Source of the DNA: Mytilus trossulus
Taxonomy: Eukaryota
Direction of reading: 5' to 3'
Assembly: GCF_036588685.1 (NCBI RefSeq)
Contig: NC_086385.1
Location: forward strand, 45,717,216 to 45,781,215
DNA: 64,000 bases
Shown here piece after piece: positions 28,101-37,782 of this stretch (position 1 is its first letter; the number at the start of each line of letters is the position of its first letter). Both the position numbers and the translations under genes were made by a program. The notes under the pieces are model-generated. The model was not told the DNA's origin. It ran no database searches and worked only from the letters and a program-made list of their open reading frames with translations.

Positions 28101-31100
28101 ACAAGAGTCAGACATATTGAAAGCATAGAACCAAACATGCAATTTTTTCTAAATATACCTCTAAAAATGAAAATTAATCTCATTGTGTCTCATTGTCTTT
28201 ATTCAGATTTTCTAACACATCAGTAAGCTCCCTCAAGAAATGAACAAGTTTGGCCTTTCCCTTTGTTTTAACCTCCTTCTGATACAATTGTTTGTGGTAA
28301 TCAAATTGAAAAGGATCTTCAATCTTGTCCAAACATTTTTCAATCTCATACTGGAGTTGTTTGTTAGTCATGTTACTTGTGCTAAATAGCTTCTCTCGCT
28401 CTGACGGAGTAACTGGGACAGGATGACGGAAGTTGTAATGGTCTGTCTGAATTGGATGTCCTAAAAATTCTGTTTTCATAAGGTGAATTCTTTTTCGTAC
28501 TGATAGTTTTAAAAAATCCACTAGTCCTTCATCAAGAGCCATCCCTGAAATAGATACATGGTCACCTTTTTTCCCTAAGTAATCAGTTTTCCTGAGTAAG
28601 ATCCTATATGCAATTATACCATTTTCGATTCCCAGAGAACGACTGTTACCTTTATCAGATTTAATGTTAAAGGTTGACAAAGAATGGTCTTTGATGGTTT
28701 CTAGCAGCTTGTTATTACGGCAAACAGTTAACCAAATTTTGTCTGTAGGTACACCTTTGGGGATCCATGACTTCAACTGCTTGTTCTTTTCTTCTAAAAT
28801 GAAGTCGAAATCTTCACCCAGGGACTTATTTCCACTTGTTGTGATTGATGAATATTTGTCACTTAAACTTCTTACTTCTTCTGGCATCATAAGGTCTTGA
28901 ATGGTGTCAAAAATTTCTATAACTTGATATTTGGGATGTGATCTTCCATGAAACAGTTCTTTTGTCATGTATTTGGCACTCTTAAGGAGGTCAGAATTGT
29001 TTCTTCTTGTTGCCATTCTAAAATTTATTATACCTTGGGAAAATCTGCATACCTGGTCCATCATATATGTAAAATTTGAGTTTGATGGAACCCCATACTT
29101 CTCAGTGCTGTATTTCAGGAAACCTTTTGCAGTCGGGTGAACCTTTGACAACATACAGAGTCGAACAAATGGTAAAACCAACTCCTGTAATGTTCCCAGG
29201 TGAAAGATTAGTAGTAATCTCCATGTTTTGTGGTGATCTTTGCATGCCTTTGCAAATTGTTTGGCAGCATCAGACTCAAATCCCATTAGTTGACATAAGT
29301 GTTCCAAGGCAGGTGTCCAGTTTAATTCAAAGAAAGATTTCATAAGATTCATTTCATAGTGACCAGACCCTATCCTCAGATATAACCAATCAAATTCTAG
29401 CATGAATTTTCTCTCCATTTGGGGATGAAATTCCTTTGCATGACTATTATAAAGATCTGTTGACAAAAATGACTTTGCACACCCTTCAATGGCACAAACA
29501 ACAGCTTCCTCTTTCAATTTCTTTATGATAAGGTATGGTAACCCATCACAGCATACAAATGTCCAGTGGCGCTGGTTGCCACCATATCTGACAATGCCAT
29601 TTTCTTCCCCAATCTTTCTTAAAACTCTTGCAACAGTTATCATGCTGTTTGGGTTACAGAATACAGGATCACTAATAATAATTTCATGTCTTCCATCATG
29701 GTTAGACTTAACATGGTTGAATTGGGTGAACTCGCTATGCACCTCTGTGATCTCTGACTTATCGTCATTTTCATCTTCCTCAAAAATAATTAGGTAGCAG
29801 GTGTCTTGGTCTTTTACAAATGAGTCATTGGTACAATCTTTCTTTTTATTCTTGGCTGATTTCAATCCATCTTTTCTACTGCAACTTGTACAAATTAGTT
29901 TGCGCTTACCATTCAATGCTCCACAGTGTTCACATTTAATATAGTTTTCATCCTGCACATCCTTTTTAACCTGATCATCAATAAAATCTTCAAAATTTCT
30001 CTCAGTTTGCTTCTGCTCCTTCGACACAGTGTCAATGGCATGGTCAATAAAATAGTACAACTGTTCGTAATGATCTGTTTCCATTTTTGAATATCTTTCT
30101 GTGTCCTGATCAATCATTTCATTGATAAGAGATTGAAGTTTTGAAGTTTGTGTAGTATCATTCTCATTGACATTTTCAGCTATATCATCTTTTTCCATCT
30201 TGGGTAACTGTAACTTTTTTTCAGGTTTCAAGTCTGCTTTAGTTTGTAAACTTTCAGGAGATTGCAATTCCATAAAGGCTTTGTTAGTAATTATGGATAT
30301 TGCAATTTTGTTTTTTGGCTTTATTGACCATGTTTTTCCTATTACTTGTTCGTTGTCAAACACATTCATCAGATCACATGAAGGTAATTCTGCGGGGTGG
30401 CTACTTTGCTCCTTAACCCAATTAGTGACAGTCTTGTAATGACCTGCTGGATTGGTATTTCCAAGTAAATCCACAACTAACCTGCTCCCAGTTAATGTAT
30501 ATGCAGTTAGATTCAGCAAAAAAGAAAGAGGTGAAATTAAACTTCTATTGCATACACTGTAAGATTGTTCTACTGCTCTACAAATTGGCAAGATGTCACC
30601 CGGTCTTTCTTTCAGCTTATGGAGAGAGATGTCAAGGTTACCAAGTCCCATTATGTAACCTATTAAGGGTTCATATCTGTTGTGGATCCATTTTAAAACA
30701 TCAAAATTTGCCACGGCATGGGGGTCCTTGTAAACATTTGAAAAGTTACTTGAATCCTCAGATATAGGTTTATGCTGCTTTTCCCAATACAGTTGCATAA
30801 CAGAGATTCTTCTTTCAGAGATAAAATGTTCAAAAATTCATTAAAAAAAACCTGTTTTTGGTTATCTTCCATCTTTAACAATGCATCTTTCATGTATTCT
30901 ATCAAACTGTTTAACTGTGAATATTCAGTAGCTAAGGGTGTAGTACTTTTTTGACTTTGGTCGTCCTCAAAGTTACTTTTAAATTCAGTATTCATGGGTG
31001 GGTATGTACTCTGAGAAGCATCATCATCATCATTGGTCCTCTTTCTCTTTTTAGGCCTCCCCCGAACTTGATCAGTTTTAGAGCACACTTCACAACCTAT

Positions 31101-32146
31101 GGTATGAGGTGGGAAATAAACCTTTGGCTTGGTCAATTTCAGTTCATTGGAGTTTGACAAGCTCTCCCCTTTTGTTTCCCTATATCTATATAATAACCTT
31201 GAGTGCCTAAGGCAAACAAATGGAGGGTATGTTTCGTCATTTTCCTCTTTAACATCAATTCCGTATATGGCAATTATTTCGGAAGCGTAAAGAACTTTTT
31301 GGTACTTTTTCTTAGAATCTCTAATAAATTCATTACAAAGGCGACATACAGTTTGTAGCTTTGATATGTGTTCCCGGCAATCAGAGATTTCACTCATGAT
31401 GAAGTAAGTTGTAACATTTATGATCTTTTCGATTGTATCAAGAGGAGGATAAAAACAAAAGAAAGCAAGGTTTTAACCATCAGCTTTTCTCTGAAAATAA
31501 AGGCCATGAAACTTGTACATGTGTTCATTTGGTGTACAAATTATGTAGCTACAATATATAATCTCAAGGCATACTTGTTTGCTAGTTGGGTATAAGAAAA
31601 AAAAATTGAACCAGACAATATGCAATGAAGTACATCATAGAGATCAGCTCAATTGCTGAACATCAATGAATTCTACAATAATATATCCTTGAGTCTTGCC
31701 ATTAAAAATGATCAAAAATTAAATCCTTTAAAAAGATCATAGAGAACATGTTTACTAAGTTTGAAGTTTATTGGACTTCATAAAGACAACCTTGACCAAA
31801 ATTTAACCCAATACAGGAACAGATGAAAGAATGAACTAACTGAGAGGTGGGTGCATTGACTGCAAAACTTAATAAAAAGCTAATGCAATTAAAATACATA
31901 CATGACAGCTGATACATGATTCTTAATTACAATCTTAAATGTCATAAGACAAATCAATTAACCAGAACAAGTCCTAATTTTTTTACTTAGTCAAAAGTTA
32001 GAATAAATAATTTGACTTGATCTTTCAAAATTCTTTAAATACTATTGATGATCAGTGATTGAGAACAATAACCATATATCACTATAAACTGAAAAATGAA
32101 CTTTTCACTTACCATGTTGATCGTCACTACTGCTGTTTCCAGACAT
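22155..32146 (-). CDS. 8-exon accessory gene, 490 aa: basic N-terminal region, Ser/Thr/Asn repeat, RG-rich tract, acidic linker, C-terminal Tudor/SH3-like barrel
   Basis: Exons 32146-32113, 25919-25436, 25068-24829, 24463-24248, 23752-23717, 23215-23137, 22878-22800, 22459-22155. All introns GT-AG; phases 1,2,2,2,2,0,1 all match; 1473 nt with no internal stop (MSGNSSSDDQHVIESREEE...YENYCKKYFQ). AATAAA at 22094-22099 (minus strand). The short first exon is the least certain. Confidence 0.82.
24900..25048 (-). repeat. Coding minisatellite, 36-bp unit (NTNRPSTSNEPS) x~4
   Basis: Repeated peptide in ORF 24765-25136, within exon 3 of the accessory gene. Confidence 0.85.
28180..30798 (-). CDS. Putative DDE transposase core (Academ/DUF6589-like), 872-aa ORF
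   Basis: Intronless ORF. Motif order VFDNEQ ... VCCDGLPY ... IGSGHYEMN ... GEDFDFILEEKNK, plus a CxxC-x11-CxxC ribbon and a C2H2-like finger (CAIEGC...H...H). Family recalled from motif pattern, not searched. Confidence 0.7.
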   Translation of the reverse strand: MQLYWEKQHKPISEDSSNFSNVYKDPHAVANFDVLKWIHNRYEPLIGYIMGLGNLDISLHKLKERPGDILPICRAVEQSYSVCNRSLISPLSFLLNLTAYTLTGSRLVVDLLGNTNPAGHYKTVTNWVKEQSSHPAELPSCDLMNVFDNEQVIGKTWSIKPKNKIAISIITNKAFMELQSPESLQTKADLKPEKKLQLPKMEKDDIAENVNENDTTQTSKLQSLINEMIDQDTERYSKMETDHYEQLYYFIDHAIDTVSKEQKQTERNFEDFIDDQVKKDVQDENYIKCEHCGALNGKRKLICTSCSRKDGLKSAKNKKKDCTNDSFVKDQDTCYLIIFEEDENDDKSEITEVHSEFTQFNHVKSNHDGRHEIIISDPVFCNPNSMITVARVLRKIGEENGIVRYGGNQRHWTFVCCDGLPYLIIKKLKEEAVVCAIEGCAKSFLSTDLYNSHAKEFHPQMERKFMLEFDWLYLRIGSGHYEMNLMKSFFELNWTPALEHLCQLMGFESDAAKQFAKACKDHHKTWRLLLIFHLGTLQELVLPFVRLCMLSKVHPTAKGFLKYSTEKYGVPSNSNFTYMMDQVCRFSQGIINFRMATRRNNSDLLKSAKYMTKELFHGRSHPKYQVIEIFDTIQDLMMPEEVRSLSDKYSSITTSGNKSLGEDFDFILEEKNKQLKSWIPKGVPTDKIWLTVCRNNKLLETIKDHSLSTFNIKSDKGNSRSLGIENGIIAYRILLRKTDYLGKKGDHVSISGMALDEGLVDFLKLSVRKRIHLMKTEFLGHPIQTDHYNFRHPVPVTPSEREKLFSTSNMTNKQLQYEIEKCLDKIEDPFQFDYHKQLYQKEVKTKGKAKLVHFLRELTDVLENLNKDNETQ
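30693..31397 (-). CDS. N-terminal part of the same transposase: RAG1 N-terminal/Chapaev-like Zn-binding domain plus AT-hook/NLS
   Basis: H-x7-CRLC...YGIDV...YPPFVCLRH...FPPHTIGCEVC...RGRPKKRKR parallels RAG1 CRIC...FRIDV...HPTEFCHNC...WHPHTPSCDIC. Overlaps the 872-aa ORF; one added A in the run at 30779-30782 fuses them. Confidence 0.75.
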   Translation of the reverse strand: MSEISDCREHISKLQTVCRLCNEFIRDSKKKYQKVLYASEIIAIYGIDVKEENDETYPPFVCLRHSRLLYRYRETKGESLSNSNELKLTKPKVYFPPHTIGCEVCSKTDQVRGRPKKRKRTNDDDDASQSTYPPMNTEFKSNFEDDQSQKSTTPLATEYSQLNSLIEYMKDALLKMEDNQKQVFFNEFLNILSLKEESLLCNCIGKSSINLYLRIQVTFQMFTRTPMPWQILMF

Positions 32147-32504
32147 GTTTGATTTTTCTGAGAAAAAAAATGAGAGAAATTGTAACATATAAATAAATAA
32201 CCATTCGACTTAAAATTATTTATAAAAAAAATGTTAAATATAAAAAAACAATGGCAGATTCAGAAAAAAAGGGGGGTCTTAGTGGAAGATTTAGATCTGT
32301 ATTTCTTGACTTTTCTTTTCTTCTAAGTACACATAAATATTATGGTTTAAAAAAAATATTTTAGCAACCATTTGACCCAATTTTTTCTCAATACATTTGT
32401 TTGTACTTCTAAAATGATCAACTACAAAATGTAGCAGTGGCAGATTCTGAAAGGGGCTTCCAAAGAAGAAAAATAGATTTTATTTGAAACTTTGTTCTGC
32501 AAAC

Positions 32505-32546
32505 TGACTTAAACAAGTCAAATCATGTTCTGACTTTACAAAGTCA
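32505..32546. promoter_or_regulatory. Pair of TGAC-N8-GTCA palindromes near the right breakpoint, upstream of both genes
   Basis: TGACttaaacaaGTCA at 32505 and TGACtttacaaaGTCA at 32531. Confidence 0.65.
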
Positions 32547-32687
32547 GTAATTAACTAAATTTATTGAGATGGTCAGGCATTGTAAAATGATATTAATGAA
32601 TGTATTGAAAAGGTTATTTTAAGACACCGGAAATACATGTAAGATCCTGTAAAAATAAATAACCATTTGACTTTAAATTATTTATAA

Positions 32688-35600
32688 AAAATCTGATAAA
32701 ATAGTCATTTCCATCAAAAGTGTTTAATCAAAGAGAGGTAACTCAAGTTTATTTTGTTTGCCCACATGTAACTCGATTCAAGCCCTTTCCGTGTCCGATT
32801 TTCTCCCACACGCTCTAACATGTGGGCTAACCCGAATAATTCAGTCGTTATAAGATAAGATATGATAACTTTATTATCACTAACACATTGACAATAAATG
32901 GTTATGGCAACACATTAAAGACTAAATACAATAACATATATACAATGAAGGAGTGACAGTGGATAATTATGAGAGATATATTTAAAAAAAAAAATGAGAA
33001 GCATATACATTATTACAGAAATCAAGTACCTTTTAATAATGAGTTTCTCACCAACAAGCATTCATTCAAATAGTTGACAACAATTTTTAATATTGTTTGG
33101 GAATTATTATTTAGAATTGATATAAGCAAGTTATATGACAAATGTATGATAAGGAAGGAAATTTGCTGTTCAATAGAACATTATATTTAATTTTTTAATA
33201 AGGTTATCTCTCACATATTTATAGGAGGAACATTTTAAAAGAAAGTGAAGTTCATCTTCAATGTCTCCATTGTTGCAGCAAAGACATACCCTACTCTGCT
33301 TTGGTATTTTTAGATATCGCCCTCTTTCAATAGATAAAGTATGAGCGCTTTTAACCTCAATTTACATAATGTTGATCTATCACTTTTGGATTTGCATTGA
33401 TCAACATACGATGGTTTTTTATTTTGTTTATAAAGTATATTAAAAAAAATCATTTTTTTATTTTGATTGATGTCAGTTTCTTGCTTTTGGAAGGCTATAT
33501 CATTGATTCTTTCTTGAATGGGTTTTAAATACACCTTAATATCAATAGGATTTAGATTAATAAAATGAAATCCAAGTCTTGAAATGAGATTTTTCATATT
33601 TATTATCCAAGAGTTATTTTTTTCAGTTGCTTTATAAATTTTTAGGGCTAGTGAATTATTTGATTCAAGTATATGAAGCCAATATTTTATTGCTGAAAAT
33701 TCTATTTTGGTATACATAGGCAATCTATTTAGCTCGGCTAAACATGCAGCATTTGATGCTTTACAATGTATTCCTAGAATTTCTTTAATGAATTTATACT
33801 GCAAGTGTTCAAAGGGATCTGAATCCCTGTGCTGTTTGCCTATTCCCCATACTTCACTACCGTATAGAGCAATAGGCACAACTAGGTAGTCAAATAATTT
33901 TTCTAATAGCTTGCATTGGTTATTAAGTCCAATTGGTTTTTTTATTTTAAAAAGTGCTTTTCTACCCTTTTCAACAAGCAATGAGCTGCACAGATTTAGA
34001 TTTCCTGTGTGCTGCCAGTGTCATGCCAAGGTAGCAGTATGATTTGACAGTTTCCAGGAATTCGTTATTATATTTAAAAAAAATATTATGGGTTTTTCCA
34101 TTTGAGTTAATATAATGACTTTTGATTTGTTTATGTTGACTTCTAGTTTCCAGCATTTAAAAAAATCACTAAGAACATTTAAAGCTGTTTGTAGTCCCTT
34201 TTCAGAATTTGATAATAAAACTATATCATCTGCAAATAAAAGGGAATTTATTGTTGTATCTCCAATTACAATGGGATCTGTATTAGCATCTTGGAGACTT
34301 TTTACCAAATTATTTATGTAAAGATTAAATAATAAAGGACTAAGAACATCTCTCTGTTTAACGCCACGGTTGGAGATAAATTCTTCACTGAGACCATTTT
34401 GGAATTTAATTCTACATGTAGTATCGTCATACATAGAATGAATTATATTAAAAAGTTTACAGGGTAATTTAAGTTCTAAAAGGATATAAAATAATCCATT
34501 TCTCCAAACTGTGTCAAAGGCCTTTCTGAGATCAACAAAGGCAGCAAGCACCTTCTGTTTCTTACTTTTCTTTTGTTCTATAATAGATTTCAAGGTGAAT
34601 ATTTGATCTGAGGTACGGGATTTTTCTTTAAATCCAATTTGGTTTTCACTAATAATGTTGTTGTTCATTCATGAATTTTGTAATTCTAATATATATAATT
34701 TTATTTAATAATTTTCCAAGATTGGAGGTTATAGAAATACCTCTGTAATTTGAAGGGTCTAGCTTATTGCCCTTTTTGTGTATTAATGAAATGAAACTTT
34801 CATTCCATATCTTGGGAAATGTTCCTTCTTTGAAGATTAGGTTAAATAATTTAGTTAAAGGGTCAACTAGTACAGGTAAACCATATTTAATCATTTCATT
34901 TGAAATCAAGTCCTTTGCACTGGATTTGCCATTTTTTAAGGTTTTAGAGACTTTGATTATTTCATCTGATGTTATTGGTTGGTTATAGGACATATTTATA
35001 TTATTGTTTTTTAGTGCAGTTATTAGCTCATCTAATTTTTTAAGGATAGTTTGGTGAAATTTATTGTCCTTTGGTTGAGCTTCACAAGAATTTAAATTTT
35101 TGAAGAAGTTATAGAATGTTTGCTCGTCTAGTTTTTCAGTAGTATTATTTTCTGATGCTCGTTTCAATTTATTAAGTAAGTCCCAGAAGGATTTTGGGTC
35201 ATTTTTGATATTATTGGACAGATCTGAACATATTTTATTCTTGTATAATTTTTCTTCTTGTTTACATTTTCGCCTCAATTTTGAGCGATAAGAGTAGTAT
35301 TCTTTTCTGTAAGCTCCATTAAATGGAAATTTATTAATAAGAAAGGCATAGTGCTTAACAGTTTTATATAAGTCATCACATGAACCTGAAAACCAGGGTT
35401 TTCTTTTTGGTTTATTTGTTTGCTTTTTAAGGCGCCCTTTGATAAATTTGACCGAAGCCAAAGCTGTTTCTTTAAGAATTGTGTTAAAGTCATTAACAGC
35501 CTCATTACAATTTAAGTATTTTCTACTGAGAAATTTTCTGAGTTTGGTACTAGTATTTTTATCCTGTATAAGGGTAGAGTAACGATTTATAGCTTCTGAA

Positions 35601-37782
35601 TCCCATACAAATTTACCTGGGAGTGGTTTTAAATATGCTTGTTGGGTTTTAGTATTGTCATAAAAAGATGTTAACAAGCTACAGCTTATTGCACAATGAT
35701 CTGATAATGTTGTAAAGTCGTGCACAGTAAAACTATTTATGGCATAAACATGTAATAAATTTGCAGATGCAACTGCATAGTCAACAACACTAGAACCATT
35801 ATATTTTATACAAGTATATTTACCAAGAAGATCGCCAATTGTTCTACCATTCAAAATTCGTAGCCCATCTTCTTTACAGAGCTCTATTAATAATTTGCAA
35901 CTCTTTTTTGGCCTTTTATGATCAAGACTATTTCTTGGTGTACCTATATCATATACATAGCTATCATCCTCAGCATGAGGATAGATAGATTCATCAGAGT
36001 ATACAAAGTCTGGTGTTGTGCTAGTGTAGGCATTAAAATCGCCTTGAATCAATACTTCACCATATTGACTATAGTTTTCTATATTACAGAGTAATTTTGA
36101 ATACATTTCTTCAATATCTTTTGGTTGCCCAGAAGAATTTTCTGGGGAAAAATAGATAAAAGCAAGATATATATCTTTTGGAAGATTAAAAAACTTATGG
36201 TTTAGCTTTACCCACTGGATATCACTATGTTCATTTGGAAGCTTAGTCAAACCTTTGATCAAAGAAAGTTTGGCATATATTGCAATTCCACCAGAATTAC
36301 GCCTTGCTTTTTATGTTTAGATCGACTACTGTTGCAAATAAGTGCATAATCTGGTATATTCAAAGTAGTTCCACTGTCACTCCATGTTTCAATTAAATTA
36401 AATAGATGCATATTAGATATAATATTCAAAAAAGCAGGGTCCTTAATTTTGTCTTGATTTAAGCCCTGGATATTCCATAAACCAATTTTCAGGTTATTCG
36501 TGGTCATTGTTAAAGAATCAATGATGGTAAGATGACGGGAAGTTTTGTAATAAATTGGATTTCTTAAGGCATGATTGCATGTGTTTAGATGTTGGTTTGG
36601 TTATATGTAAAGGATCTAAATGAAGATATTAAATACCTTAATGAATGTCCTATGGTATAGGTACCTTTTAATAATAGTATAAGAAAAAAAAAAAAAAAAA
36701 AAAAAAGTTAACAATTTACTTTAAAGGTGCATTAAGAAGTCAATTATTGACTTTTTTGGTGTAAAGAGGGATAACTCTAATTCATAAGTAAGCTTGAATA
36801 AAAAGATTGATAAAAAGATTGATAAAAAGATACATAAAAATAAAATGAAGATATAATAACTGTTGATGATGCACAGGTAATGACTAGAATCAATGTACAC
36901 AGGATATATGTAAATGATATCAAGATACATAATGGTACCTATATAATGTTATATTGATATGAAACACAATTCATATTTTCAATGTAAAATGAATAACAAC
37001 CAAAAAATAATAATAAACAAAGTAAAAAAAAACCAAACCAATATACAAAAAAAATAAAATAATACAGTACTGACAGTTAACAATGAGAATCAGAATGGTT
37101 CATTAATAAAGAAAATATTTATTAGAAGTCCATTCTCTGCCTAGCTGATGGCATGTTCCAAGGTCCAAAAAGCCAAGGGTTGAAGTATGGCATGTTCAAG
37201 TTGAAGGGTGGACAAGGTGGATTTCCTAACGGTTGTTGGTATTGATTATTGTTATAATTTGGGTTTTCAATTGGTGGTTGTTATTGACTATTTCCGAGCG
37301 ATTGTTGGTATTGACTATTGTTATAATTTGGGTTTTCCTTTGGTGGTTTGTATTGACTTTTTCCAAGCGATTGTTGGTATTGACTATTGTTATAATTTGG
37401 GTTTTCAATTGGTGGTTGGTATTGACCATTGTTATTGTATGGATTCCTCAGTAGTGGTTGGCCTGTATTATTGTTATAGTATGGATTTCTGTGCGGCGGT
37501 GAGTATTGATTGTTGTTATTAATGTCAGCCTTGTTTTGTCTGTAGTTCTTTGTTTCGCCGTGATACACACTAGGTTTGTTACTAGTCCTTGGTGGTGTGT
37601 TAGCTTGCGTGAATGGGATCTTCATCTGGCGCTTCAAAAATTTCACAATTGCAGGTATACCTCTGCTGTCATTGAGGTGTACATAGTCGAAGAACATATC
37701 GTCTGTGGGTATAAAACCTTTGAGTATGTTGAAAGATGGATAGTCATGAGCTACGGATATTATCCTGTCGTTTGCTTCATCA
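32688..37782 (+). repeat. 5.1-kb direct repeat, copy 2
   Basis: Near-identical to 11610-16705; continues uninterrupted into the rest of LINE ORF1. Confidence 0.97.
33040..36507 (-). pseudogene. LINE ORF2 (endonuclease + reverse transcriptase), frameshifted, copy 2
   Basis: Same fragment pattern as copy 1 (36259-36507, 34649-36262, 34021-34668, 33971-34156, 33310-33981). Confidence 0.9.

Larger units (their letters stand above)
16704..32687 (-). mobile_element. ~16-kb putative DNA transposon (Academ-like transposase with RAG1-N-like Zn finger); right end truncated
   Basis: Interrupts the LINE sharply at gcttcat|CAGTCAGAGCTCTGAC. Contains a transposase-like gene, an accessory gene and repeated TGAC-N8-GTCA sites. 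Right junction falls in an A-rich microhomology with no matching TIR. Confidence 0.75.

Noticed and set aside
16704-32687. A true RAG1L-RAG2L (ProtoRAG) transposon
   Set aside because: No RAG1/Transib core motifs, no RING finger, no kelch/PHD RAG2-like gene, genes are not convergent, and no CACAGTG-like RSS terminus.
11610-37782. The 5.1-kb direct repeats as LTRs of a giant retroelement, or as two independent LINE insertions
   Set aside because: The repeats are a LINE fragment plus flank with shared frameshifts; no TG..CA ends, PBS, gag or integrase.
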